64,000 nt of DNA from Cyanophora paradoxa CCMP329 (Eukaryota; Plantae; Glaucophyta), in assembly GCA_004431415.1 (NCBI GenBank), contig QPMI01000666.1, positions 62,001 through 126,000 on the forward strand, in the 5' to 3' direction. Under the pieces are notes generated by a model. It worked only from the letters and a program-made list of their open reading frames with translations, made no database searches and had not been told where the DNA came from. The translations under genes and the position numbers were made by a program. How positions within the stretch are numbered: position 1 is the stretch's first letter; the number at the start of each line of letters is the position of its first letter. This document shows, piece by piece, positions 27,579 to 44,535 of the stretch.

Positions 27579-28028
27579 TCTGATTATGCGCACTTCAATC
27601 CCCCTGCGGCGCGCGGGTACCCCCGCACATGGTACCCCGCACGCACATATGCCGCAGTGCGCGCATACTATGATACTACGCAGTACGTACACATGCTCAT
27701 TCGCATGCGCGCGCGCGCACGGCGTAAACGTATATATTCGTTAAGTTGATTATAATGTAAGTTCATGATCATTAGATATTATTGCAATTATCGACATCTG
27801 ATCCCATTCCCGTCGACATCGTGAATTCAGGCTTGTAGTTGTAGTAGGGTCCACACCCACCCCTCACGAGTCCCACCCCTACTCCTCGAGCAAATTTGTG
27901 TTGAAGGCCCCACATGCTATGTCAGGGCGTAGGGACTTTGAGAACCTGGTTAAATATTGTTGCAATTGTATGCATAAGATACGTATATATATACATATAC
28001 GTATACGAATACATATACGCATATGAGC

Positions 28029-29401
28029 TCAGCAGCTCGAGGATGCTGGTGTTGACGTTGCAGACCCGGCTGGTGTTGTATAACTCGGGCGGGTTGTAGT
28101 GGATCCCGAATGAAGATCACGGGCCCGGGGTCGCAAGTACTGCCCTGCGATCTGCTTCTCGATGTGGCGCTCCCTTGCCGCCTCCCGGGGGGGGTCCTTT
28201 GCAGGCAGGTAGCCTCCTTTGCCACCCCAGCTGCACAAGATCCCGTGCTGCCAGTCGTCGACCTCGACCACCACCACACGGTTGGGCCAGACGATCAAGC
28301 TTAACATGTCCGTCCATGCACGTTGGACGCTGATGCACATGACTTAGTGCGGCCGCAGGTCGACCGTGCAGTCGTAGAAGACAAATAGGAACATGGATGC
28401 CGGCAGCGTCGTGAAGAAGGCGGTCAGGAACGACAGCGGCAGCGTGGTGAGGAAGGCGGTCAGGAACGCCAGCAGTGGAGAGATCTCGAGGAGAAGGAGC
28501 TCGAGAGGACAAGGCATCGTCTCGAGATAGATCTAGAGGAGAGTCTGGAGGCTAGAGGTCTGGGGTCAGTGGCCAATCTCGCGCCTCCCTCCTCTGGCGG
28601 GACCCCGCGGCCGCGCGCCCGAGCTTGACACATTGATAGGCTCAATGTTCATCCTCGACCAGCTGGCACAGACAATGTCCAGCCCAAGAGATCAGACAAG
28701 GTCTACCACAGCTGAGCACAAGATCAGCTCCGGGGGGCGATGGGTCTCCCACGGCACATCTCCCACTTGAGGTCTCGGATTCTGGCCTCGGCCTCGGCTG
28801 CGGCCTCCCGCTCACGCTCCGCCTGCTTCGACCATGACCATGACCATGACCCTGAATCGAATCAAATGAACTGACCATGTAGGGCCTGTGTGGGAAGAGC
28901 TTGAGCTTCTCGGGCAGCGGCTCGTAGCCCTCGTAGCACAGCTCCACATACTCGCACTCCGGGGGTGCGCCGTCTCCAGGACGCGCTTGAGAGCCGTGAT
29001 GAGAGTCGCCGTGTCGGGGCGTTGGGGCTGCGAGTCGGGCGTTGCGAGTCGAATCATGCACATGAATGTAATTTGTTGGCTTCCCGTAGACCTGCTCGTC
29101 TGCCTCTGTGCTCGGACTCAATCAGGAAGCCTGCGAGCATGAATCGTACACGATCCGCAGGACCTGCAAGACATTGCCCGCGCCGTGCGCGAGCGCCCAA
29201 CGGTGCGCCCACTCGTAAAGCTCGTGGCGAACAATGAGCTCGTCCGACGCGCCGCTGCCGGGCGGGGGCGTGCGAGCGGGGAGGCCGGGCGCGGGCAAGA
29301 GATCGACGATGCCCTGGGGGAAGGAGCGCGGCGAGCGCTTCCCTCCTCTGCTCGGGCCCCGCGCGCCCGAGCTTGATGTAATTGATGGGCGCGATGTTCA
29401 T
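28029..29401 (-). pseudogene. Two tandem degenerate copies of a PD-(D/E)XK (EVD-x-x-x-H type) nuclease-like gene family
   Basis: Copy starts MNIAPIN (29401) and MNIEPIN (~28652) share DNA; 29072-29372 is near-identical (inverted) to 53238-53536; downstream DMLSLIVWPNRVVVVEVDDWQHG..EAARERHI..PVIFIR with a stop and a frameshift. Confidence 0.55.
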
Positions 29402-29743
29402 TTTTTTCCACCGGGCTACACGTGAAAGAGTGGAAGTTAGTGGCCAAGTACAAGCAGGGGTATTCAGTTCTCGGACGAAAAAAGAGGTGCGTGTGAACTC
29501 CCGCCTCGTGCCATGCCCCTGCGCTCTGGATAGGCCGGAAGGTTGGAAAAGCGATGCGCGCCGTGCGGCGGGGCACAGCTAGCGGGCAATCTCAGCCGCA
29601 CCCGTCGATGCCGCGCTGCTGTGGGCTGAGGCCGTCCCAATTCTGGATGTCGCTCGCTAGTAGCATAGAGCTGCGGGCCTGAGCGGTCGCACAGCCACGC
29701 CGGCCGCCGCCAGGGTCTCACGATCGCATGTGGTTCGTGCAGA

Positions 29744-30533
29744 ATGTCGTCCGACGAGGAGCATCTTGATGAGGTGCGAAAGCCACAGCGATCTTTCTGC
29801 CCAGACGTTCGCGAATCGGCCCTTACGGCCGTTCTAGGCGCACGACTTCAACGCGGAGCGCGCCGATGCGGGCGCGTCCACGACCATACCGCAGCAGGCC
29901 GGCACCATCCGCAAGGGCCACTTCATCGTGCTGAAGGGCCGCCCGTGCAAGGTCAGCAACGCGCGGGAGGAATGGAGCGCCTGTCGCCAGCTCAAGCGCT
30001 GTTCCATTCCAGGTCGTCGAGACCAGCACCTCGAAGACCGGCAAGCACGGCCACGCCAAGGTCAACTTCACCGGCATTGATATCTTCAACGGCAAGAAGT
30101 ACGAGGATATGTGCCCGACCTCGCACAACATGGACGTCCCGATCGTCAAGCGTGACGAGTTCGACGTGCGCCCGCTCGCGTGGGGCACCCAGCGCCAACA
30201 CGAGTTCGATCTGCGCGTAGGTTGTCGACATTGACCACGATGGCTTCGTCAGTCTGATGGACAAGAAGGGTGAGATCAAGTCTGACCTGAAGGTGAGCGG
30301 GCGATCTCAAATGCGATCGCCCGGGACGTGTGGTCTGATCGGGCGCCTCAGCTTCCCGACAACGAGATCGGCCAGCGCCTCAAGGCTGCGTTCGAGGAGG
30401 GCAAGAACCTGATCGCTGTCGTTCAGGAGGCGATGAACGAGGAGGCGATCATTGATCTCCGCGAGGTGACCTTCCCGGCGCGGGCACTACCGCACCCCGC
30501 CGACGGATCGTTTGCGCGCAGGCCACTAAGTAA
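29744..30533 (+). CDS. EIF5A: Eukaryotic translation initiation factor 5A; 5 introns
   Basis: [48 protein letters not shown] (hypusine motif)..PTSHNMDVP; stop TAA at 30533. Confidence 0.97.
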
Positions 30534-30587
30534 GCAACTCGCGCGGCATGAGGGGCAGCATCGACACCCTTCCACTGCTCCAGCTCA

Positions 30588-35652
<5,065 letters not shown>

Positions 35653-35849
35653 GAGGCCGGCCGCCGTGCGAGAGAACTCTCCCCCCAGTCTGAATCTCCG
35701 CCAGCGGGATCCGAACTCGTGTCACGTACGTGCATCCGGCCCGGGTACCGGCGTCGCACCAGCTCGACGTCTGCCGGGCGCCGCGGCGCCGGCCCGCCGG
35801 CGCCCGGCCCGGCCCGCGGCCGGCCGCACCGCGCGCGCGCGGCGCTCTC

Positions 35850-36403
35850 AGCTCAAGAATACTGATCCGATGCTTGCCTCCGCACTCGTGCCCGTCTACC
35901 TCCGCGTGGCCGAAGACGACGCCGAAGCGCGCAGCCTCGACGATCGTCCGGGCACGTATCCGCGACTTTGGGTCCTCCAAGGCGTTGCCCCGCAATCGCT
36001 CGAACGAGACCTGATCCGAGCGCTCGACCTCGACCCCCGCCGCGCCCCCCGCACGGCCAAACGCGTACGTCAGATGCTAATCGAACGCGCGCGTCGACTC
36101 TGGGCCAGCCGGTGCGAGGTCAACGCAGCGTGGGAGCGGGACTGTCGCATCTCTCAAGTCTCCAAACGACGCCCGCGCCCGCCCCGCACAGGAGCTCGAG
36201 CTAAGGAACGCGTCCGCGGCCCCCGCGCCCCGATAGAGCTATGCACCACCTGCGGCGGACCCATGCACCTCCACAACGACCTTCGCGCAGCCCAGAATGC
36301 AGACTGCCCGCAGGAGTACTTCGGATGGAAAGCAGCACCACAAGCCCAAGAGATCTACGACATCACCAAGGTTCGCCCCTGGAGTTCGTCCCCCCTCGAT
36401 TAA
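35850..36403 (+). mobile_element. 5'-truncated non-LTR retrotransposon (LINE) ORF C-terminus
   Basis: Intronless ORF with LQGVAP..LWASRCEVNAAWERDCRISQVSKR (resembles the IW..RC....WE..GI...KR tail of non-LTR RT polyproteins, from memory) plus a CTTCGGPMHLH..C zinc-knuckle-like motif; no RT domain present. Confidence 0.5.
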
Positions 36404-37568
36404 CTAGCTAGCACCCGTGGGGGAGGGGGGGGGAGGGGCTACAACTGGAGGAGACGCGGAGACTCCATCACCAAGACCCACCTGTGACGACCTCACTCTT
36501 AGCCTATCACCTACGGCCGCTCGCCGGGCCCTCGCGTCCGCCGCCGACCCGCCGCTGCCTGCGCGACATGCGCTGTCATACCGCTCCCGCTCCCGCCGAC
36601 AAGCTCGCTTCACGCCGCCGCCGCCGCTGCCGCCCACTCTGCCCCCTCTCTTCCGTCACCCTGGATGCTCGACCCCTCGGCCGCACCCCTCCCCCCCTGC
36701 CTCTGCCCGACCTGCTGATTTCCCGCTGCGCCAGGGAGGGGACGGGCTGCCGGACGGAAGGTCGTCTGTCGGCCGCTGAACCCACCTGTACCTGCCCCGG
36801 CCACGAGCCAGGCCGGGGCGGTCAGACCGCCGCGGAGGGGGGCTCGTCATTGCCCGTGGCCGGGGGGAGTCGGTCGGCGGGCGGCTGGAAGCCCGGCGGA
36901 ACGCAGGCGCCACTGGAACCTCCCTCTCCTCGACCGCGGCCGCCCGACCCGGTCCTCCCCCGCCCCTTCCCACCGCCCCACGCCCTCCCATGCCGTATCC
37001 CCCGCCCCCCTCCCCCCGACCAAATCTTCCCCGATGCTCTGATCCTGGCGGCTCCACCAGGCTTGCTCTCTGACAAGCGAGCCCCCGGCCCGCACCCGCC
37101 ATGCCGACGACATGGCGGGCCGTACCCTAGCGTGTACAGAGTGGTTTAGATTATAGAGTGCCTTCCCGGAGGCCCTAGCTAACTATGCAATTAGCTAGCC
37201 GCTGAGCTGAGTCTTGCAATTGATATCGACCGTCACGGCGTTCCGAAGTTCAACGGTTCCAGTTGCAAATTGTCACCATTACGTGTGACTCAGTGAGCCA
37301 CTGACTCAGTGAGCCTCGGAGCCACACATTGAATTCGAATTCAAATTCGAATTCGAACTCGGAAGCCGTTGCTCATGATCTGATTATGAGCAGCAGTGCT
37401 AGCCAGTGCAGCTCCAGACATGCTATTTTGTGCATCAAAATAGATGGACATGATAGGATCTGAAATATTCCAGTATATTAAAATCTGTCCAAATCAATTA
37501 GGGGGCTGGTAAACTAACTGAAACACGATTCACTTAAGCGAAAAGCAAAAGATGCTCAGCGACTGTAG

Positions 37569-40248
37569 CTATCTGTCCCGCCGAGATGCAGTCCGGGGTC
37601 CAGCTGCGGAGGTACCGGTTGGGGTGCTGCGGCCTGCGGAACGGGAGCCAGCTGCGGACGCGGGGGTGCTGCGGCCGACGGTAGGGGTGTGGCGGCCGCC
37701 ACGCTGAGGCGTCTTGGGGCGGGGCAGCAGCTCATCGCCGCTCGCGGAGCTTGCGGAGCGACCATAAGACCCTACCCTGCCGCCACCCGCCCTGTGGGCA
37801 TCCCGCGAGGCGGCGTCTGATTCACTCCCCTCGACAATCTGGCTCTCCTCATCGCTCCCCGCCCGCGTTCGGCGGGCCCGCGCCTTCACCGGAGTCTTGA
37901 TCGGCGTCTGGCGCCCCCTCACAGCGCCCACTCCCCCTCGCTTCCCTGCCCCCGGCGACGGGTCAGCAGCCGCAAGCAGATCGACGTGCAGGCGTGTTCG
38001 TCACCTCCCGAGGGTAAGTCCTCCTCCTCCTCGTCCTCGTGTTCTTCTTCGTCCTCCAACTCGGGCGGCCCCCGCTGCTGCTTCCGTCTTGGCCCCTTCG
38101 ACTTGGAACGGCCTCGAGCCGCATCGTCCCCCTCGCTCTCCTCCTCGTCCCGTTTGCGTGCTGCAGCGGCGACGCCCCGCCCGCCCTTTCCACAGCGCTC
38201 CTCCTCCTCCGTGTCTCCATCCTCGCTCCCGTCGGCCTCCTCACCTTCGTCGCTGTCCGTCCCACGCCAGGTAGCCCCTTGGGCCCTCCCGCCAAGCTTT
38301 TCGGGCGCCAGCCTTCTCCGCCCTGGCGCCACGCCGGAGCCCTCGGCGGGCGGCTCGCGTTTCGGGCGCCAGCCTTCGCCGCACTGCGGGGCGCGGGTGT
38401 CGGAGACGGGGAGCAGGGTGGGCGGGCGAGGTGCGCACGGAGGGCCCGAAGATGGCCTTGAGGAGGGGCAGCGGGGGCACGGAGCCCGGCGGCGGCGCGG
38501 CGGGGGCCTTGGGTTCCTTGATCTCCTCGTGGACGTGAAGGAGGGAGAGCGGGGCGAGGGCAAAGGGGTCGACCTGCAGGGCCGCCCCCGCCGCGGAGGC
38601 CGGCGACGCGAGCAGGTCCTCCGACGCCACCACCGACGCCCCCTGCGCCCCGCTCGACCCCGCGTGGCGCGGCGCGGGGGGCGGCGGGCCTGCGAGCTGT
38701 GCCACTGGCCGGAGAGAGCGTTGAGCTTGCGCAGCACGCCCACCGGCACCTGCGGCGGGGCTCGGCGGAGTCCGGCGGGCGACGGAAGGGGCCCCGCACG
38801 GGCTTCTCCTCGACCTCGTCGGGCCGGATCGAGAGGAGGAGCTGCTCGATCTGCAGCGTCGAGAGGTGCGGGCACACGCTGTCCCGCACGTCCCGGTCCA
38901 CCTGCCGCCCGCTTGCCCTCCGCACGCAGACGTGTGGGGCAGCGAGAAGTCGCACGAGCTTGGCTCGCTCCAGGATGAGAACGTTCAGGCTCTCCCAGGT
39001 CCGCGTAAGCCGGGCCCTGCGGCCGCCACTAGGGCTCGGACTCGCGCGGGGGCGCGGGGGGAGGGCGGGGGTCCGCGGCTGCGCACGCAGGGGCGTCCAG
39101 GTCGAAGGCATTCTTCTGGGAGCGGATCCCTGCGGTGCGTGAGCGAGGCCGGCGGGGCGGGGAGTCCCGGCGCACAGTCAAGGATGAGGGAGACGTTCAG
39201 GCGGGCGGTGAAGGCGGAGGCGGGGGAGCAGGTCTTGCCGCCCCGCGTGAGGAGCGCGTTGAAGAGGGAGGCGTCGAGGAAACCGAACAAGGCATGGAAG
39301 AGCTGTGCGTTGTCCAGGGGTCAAAAGGCGCATAGGAAGATTTGAAAGGGGCGCCACCTGCCGCAGCACCGAGCCCGGCAGCCGCCCCTTCTTGCACGCC
39401 TGCAGCACCGCCCCGAGCAACTTCAGCAGCGTGCGCCGCACCGTCACCTCTGCCCGAGGTGCCTTCCCCTCCCTGCCGGCAAAAGGCCTAGCTTAGCGCT
39501 TGGCGCGCGCGGACGAAGCCGGGGCATGGGCGGGGCGGGCCGCACGAGGGAAGGTCGAGCACGGCGTACTCTCCGCCCTCCTGCTCGAAGACGCACTCGG
39601 CGAGCATGCCGGAGAGGCCGAAGGTCACGTTGCGGGCGAGGGCGACGTACGCCCGCCCGCACGCCCCCGTCACCTCGCGTATCGCCGCCCACAGCGGCTC
39701 CCCGAACCCCTCCTGCGCCCCCCAGTCGCGAAACCGGCCCCCAGTGGCGAGGGCACCTCGCCTTGGGACCTGCCCCGGGGGCGTCGTCCGGTGGGGGCCC
39801 GGCAGCGTGGCGGAGGAGGGCGACAAGAGTGACAGTGTGCGCTAGCCAGTACACCAGCTCCTGCGGCGGGACCCGCTCGCCCGGCCCGGCACAGGAGCCG
39901 GCTGCGGGCCCCTCGCACCTGCGTGTCGTAGCAAGCGCGCTGCGGGCGGAAAGCGTCAGGACTGGCGTGCATGGCACGGGGTGAGGGCTCGCCTGCACGG
40001 CCTCGTCGATTGCCCCAACGGCACCCAGCACGAAAGGCTTGAGCGGAGCGGCGCCCGTCTGCAGCTTGCTGGCACACCCCGCGGGGTGCCGGCTTTCCTG
40101 CGCAGCGCACCTTGCTCACGTGCGCGATGCTCCTCGCGAGGAGGGCAGCCGAGAGCGGCACGGTCCCCGCCCCCGCCCACCTGCTCTCTTTGGCGACGCG
40201 CAAGGGTTGGTGCAAGGGGAAGGTACCGGTCGGGGGAAGGGGGAAGAG

Positions 40249-40280
<32 letters not shown>

Positions 40281-40410
40281 CGAGAATGCGGGCAGGGGTC
40301 GCGCGAACCGGGACCGAGGACTAGGGCGCGCGCTGCCTCCCGCGCACCCTCCTCGTCCACCAGAGGTTTCCCTGCACCAACCCGTTACGTTCAACCTCGG
40401 CTGGCCCCAT
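37569..40410 (-). CDS. Dilute (DIL, myosin V/XI cargo-like) domain protein with low-complexity C-terminus
   Basis: LVYWLAHTVTLVALL; LFHALFGFLDASLFNALLTRGGKTCSPASAFTARLNVSLILD; LERAKLV..VRDSVCPHLSTLQIEQLLLSIRPDE. Start uncertain. Confidence 0.65.
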
Positions 40411-40544
40411 CGGTCTCGATACGCCTCCGCTTGTCCCGTTAGAGCAGCCCCGCCCTGCTAGCGCTCTCCCGCTGGCCGTTCACGTATGGGTCTGATGTGG
40501 ATTGTGGGGTACAGAGCGATTGAGTCTGGAGCGGGGGTTGGCCC

Positions 40545-42290
40545 TCAGCCCCTGCCACGCAGGCGAAGGCGGCCAAAGAAACCGGCTGCGTGCCTAATGA
40601 GCGCTCGCAGGGCGTCTACCGTTCTCCCGGCCGCCCACCCGCCCCTCGCGCACCGATCGATTTGCCTGTAGCGGATGCCGCAGGCGGGTTGCTGCTGCGC
40701 GCGCCCGATCCCGCCCGCGCCAGCGGTCGCGGCGCCTCGCTCAGCCCCTCCTCGTCCTCATCATCATCATCATCCTCGTCGTCCTCGGCGTCCTGCGGGG
40801 CGAATCGGCCGGCGTCGGCAAAAAAGGGCGGGAAAGGGGCGGGACGGGGCGGACGTCGACGCCGCGGGCGACGTGCCAGAGGGTCTCGATGAGGGAGAAC
40901 GCCTCGTCCCGGAACAGGAAGGAGGTTAGGAAGTGCTGCGGGCCCCTCAGAGGCCGCCAACGCCCTGGGCGCGGCTGCCCTCGCCTTGGCGCCGTCGGCC
41001 ATCGTGATCTCGATGGCGTTAGGTACGATGAGCGCCGTGTTCTTCTTCTCCACCGCCGTCACCTCCCGCAACGCCATCGTCTCCTGCGAGCGCCCCTCAG
41101 CGCCCCCCCCTCATCTCGCCGGGGCGGCTGCGGCGGCAGGCGCGCCGTGGTGTCGCCGAATACGGTGGAGCGGAAACCGAGGAAGTTCTTGAAAACGAAG
41201 AGCTTGCCATGCAGAAGCACCTTCTTCTGAATCGCACAGCTGTACTCTGCGCCGCCCCGTGTGAGCACCGACCGCGCCGCCCCTCTTTGAGCCGCCCGCC
41301 TGTCGTCAGCCGCTCTGCGACGGGGAGGTTGAAGATGCGCTGAAAGTTGGCGTCCCGCTCCTCCTCCGCCCGTTTTTCCTCCTACCGCCGCACTCGTCAG
41401 CCGCGCGAAAGGGGAAAGGGAGAAGAGGGGAAGTTGGACCTTGGCGTGGCCGAAGTGGTCGTCGATGCGCCTGATAGCGTTCTCGGCCCGCTCCTCCGGC
41501 GTCGCGAAGACCTCCAGCACGTCAATCGCCTGCGCGCCGCCCCGCTCATCTCCCCTCCCGCCGCCGTCGGCCGTACCCCGGGTCACCTTCACTGTCTTTG
41601 TTCCAATCTGCAACCACAGTAGTTTCTTAGTCTTAGCAAGGGGCTTCCCCAGGTGGCCGAACCCGCGCACCTCAGATACTCGCTGAGCGGTTTTGATGCC
41701 GGCGTCCTTCACGGCCTGGGCCGCAGTATTCACAGCCTGCGGAGAGTGAGGCGGTGAGACGGGCAATGTGTTCATCGCTTGCGGCTGCGGCGACGGTGGC
41801 AGGCCTCGACAGGGATCATGACGGCGTTCCTCGCCATCACCAGCTTGTCCCGAATCGAAGAAGCCGCTCGCGCAGGCGGCGCAGGCCTTGAAGACGCTGC
41901 CGAATCACTGGCCGCGTCTGATCTCTGATCTGCAAGATACTCTCCTGGGCTATCCGGTGGGGGAGCCGCCAGCACTGGTTGTGAGGCGTCGTCCTCTGCG
42001 GCAGCGCTCCTCGTGCCCCCTCTCCTAGCTGTCTTCGAGGTCTTTGCGGCAGTACGCGCCCGCGTCTTCTTCGGCGGCCCGTCCTCCTCAGGCGCTGGAA
42101 GGCTCTCCAGTGCTGCGCGGCCCTTTGGAGCAGGCGCGGCCCTTTCGTCTGCATCGTCGTCTCGGGCCGCAGCTCTTCTGCTGGAATGTCGAGCCGGCGG
42201 CGGAGGGCTCGAGTCGCTGCCGTCGTCCTCTCGAAGCGCAGAGCGACGCGGCCTCTCCGGCGTAGCGCGCGCCTTCTGTCGCAACGACAT
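40545..42290 (-). CDS. GRAM-domain protein
   Basis: FQRIFNLP.AERL..EYSCAIQKKVLLHGKLFVFKNFLGFRSTVFG..VTAVEKKNTALIVPNAIEI..HFLTSFLFRDEAFSLI; plausible stop after ..AGFFGRLRLRGRG* at 40545. Confidence 0.8.
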
Positions 42291-42444
42291 GCGCTAAGTG
42301 GATGCTCCTGCGCTCCTCTAAATCCGCGCTGCCGCTGCTCGAAACGACTCCGGAGAGACTGTACCCCCCGCTCAGCGGGTACAGTCCCAAAAGCGACAAA
42401 GCGGCACGTCGCCAAAGAGCGACAAAGCGGCACGTCGAATCACC

Positions 42445-42675
42445 ATGTTCAACACGCCCATCGGATTCGTGATTCGTCTGTACAGCCCCAAGAAGGTCGA
42501 TTTCGCAGCGGCCGCGCGCTGGGGCACTCTTGGTGGGGGTCTGGCGTTGTGGTGCGCCGTCTCCTGCGCGTGCATCGGCAGTGCTATCAATTGCTGAAGC
42601 ATTCTCAGGTACATCCAGCCGTGGGACTTTCTTTCGAACCTCGTGGGCGCCAAGAAGGAGGGCGACAAGGCGTAG
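42445..42675 (+). CDS. QCR10: Cytochrome b-c1 complex subunit 10 (QCR10, plant-type 6.7 kDa), 57 aa, one intron 42552-42608
   Basis: MFNTPIGFVIRLYSPKKVDFAAAARWGTLGGGLALW|YIQPWDFLSNLVGAKKEGDKA*; AAAxWG..LWxIQPWD motif; 57-nt GT-AG intron. Confidence 0.8.
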
Positions 42676-42823
42676 GCCGATCGTCCAGGAGCCCAAACTA
42701 GCGCGGCGCGGCCTTCTCTGCCGGCCGGCTAGAGTAGCGTAGCTCGTAGTACTTCTCAATTCACTCAATTCAGTAACTCTTATTATCTCTCGTTATCCTC
42801 TCTCGCATCCCCTTGCGTCAACG

Positions 42824-44090
42824 ATGTTTATGGACATGTGCGTCAACGCCTCGGGCGAAGCCGAGCTACGCCTGCGGGATACCGTCGCTCTTCTCGTGAA
42901 ACGTGCGCTTTTGGCACCTCCGCCGCGCATGTTCGTGCGTTCACTGCGCACACTTCGTGCAGTTGGCTATGACGGCTGCGCTCTGAACACAACTGTAACT
43001 GGCAAGATCGGCCCGCAGCATGTTCGTCTCCAGAGAAACTTGAACGCGTATTTCATAACAGTACATGTGCTCAGATATGCAACCTCGCGCCCGTCCTGGT
43101 TGGCGACGCTGGCAGAGCAGCGCTTGCTGTCAGCGGCGGCCAACCGGTCGCTGGGTTCCGGCAGCTGACCCGCATTACTGTCGTTGTTGATCAGCCTGCT
43201 GATGTGTACCAGTTGGTACGTATCCTCCCAGGTAGGCCTGCGTTGCACCCCGCCAACCCCCACTGCAGAACCCCGGCAATCAAGCCGTGCGTTCGTACGA
43301 TCTTGTGGCAGTCCGACCCACGTCCGAAAAAGCTTTTCAGGTCAGCATATGTCTTCTTCAGATTTGCGTTCCTTTGCGTCACACGATCTCCCAGCTCGCG
43401 TGTGCGTCAGCTGACGTGGATATCATTTCGCTCGACATGTCAGCTCGCCTTCCATTCACTCTTCGGCACCAGATTGTATCCCAGGTCTGTTCCCATCGAC
43501 GTGTAGCTTCGTGGCTGGTTCTAAATGTCATCCCAGGCTATCGATCGAGGTGTCTTCTTTGAGATCACAACAGCACCCGCCTTGAAAGGTGGGACATACG
43601 AGACCCTCCAGCAGTGTGCTGCGACGATTACTCATTTCTCTCGATAGATGCAACCGCCCGGCGCTACGTGATCTCGAACGCAATTGCTCTCTTCCGTGCC
43701 ACAAGGGGGAAAAACCTGGTTCTATCTAGCGGTGCAACTCTACCAATCGACATCCGAGGGCCTTACGACCTTATTAACCTGTATGGCCCACTCCTTGTTT
43801 TTTTTTTCTGGTGGCTTTTCGCGCTGCCTTGACACTTCGGTATGTGGCAGGGGCACAGTCATGGGGATGAACCACGAGAAATCGAAGAACGCAATATCCA
43901 CAAGCTGCCGCTCAGCTGTCATTCATGCAGGTGCTGCAAAACACTGTGCTGGGGTTCTGTTTCCCTATCTCACAGCAATCGTTTCCATGCAGAAACGAGG
44001 AAAGTGCATCGGTCCATGGTCCGGGTGGTGGAGTCATCAGCCGCAACGGTCGAGGAGGCTCCATCAAGCCGCAAGCGTCAACGAACGTGA
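42824..44090 (+). CDS. RPP30: RNase P/MRP subunit p30
   Basis: MFMDM..GYDGCALNT..SYDLVAVRPTSEKAFQ..VDIISLDMSARLPF..AIDRGVFFEI..RRYVISNA..TRGKNLVLSSGA..IRGPYDLINL. Confidence 0.9.
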
Positions 44091-44396
44091 CGATTCATAT
44101 TATCGGTTTTGGCTAAGCGATGCTCGTCTGCATAAAAAAAGCTTGAGAGGCTCGCCGAGAGGCCAACGCAGGCACGCATGTGCAGGGCCCGATTGGCGAT
44201 GCTGCACTCGTCATATGGGGAGGCGCATGCATGTTACTCCCTTTGAGGCCACCGCATGCACACATGCACAGGGCCCGGCTGGCCAGCTTGCAATTGCCTC
44301 AGCTATCGTACCAGCTGCAGTGGGCTGTGCGGATGTGCCAGCGCCGGTGTCGGCGTCCGCAGCTGTGGCGACAACGCTAGGCTGCAGTGTATATTT

Positions 44397-44535
44397 CGCA
44401 TTAATATTTGCACACGTGCTAAAACGCAGGTCCGGGCTACAAGTGTGGGAATGTACACTGCGGCCGCCGCGGCCGCGGGCCCAGCCCACCAGCGAGCTGG
44501 CGCCGGCCGGCCGGGCCCTGCGTGGCCCCCTAATG
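44397..44535 (+). repeat. Full copy of dispersed repeat R1
   Basis: CACGTGCTAAAACGCAGGTCCGGGCTACAAGTGTGGGAATGTACACTGCGGCCGCCGCGGCCGCGGGCCCAGCCCACCAGCGAGCTGGC..CCCTGCGTGGCCCCCTAAT. Confidence 0.85.

Noticed and set aside
37286-37315. Duplicated TGACTCAGTGAGCC (AP-1-like) regulatory site
   Set aside because: It lies between 3' ends in micro-duplication-rich intergenic DNA; no evidence of function.
37569-42290. Single GRAM-DIL fusion gene
   Set aside because: A plausible terminal exon (..AGFFGRLRLRGRG*) ends at 40545 and I could not build an open spliced path across 40545-40410; treated as two genes pending cDNA.
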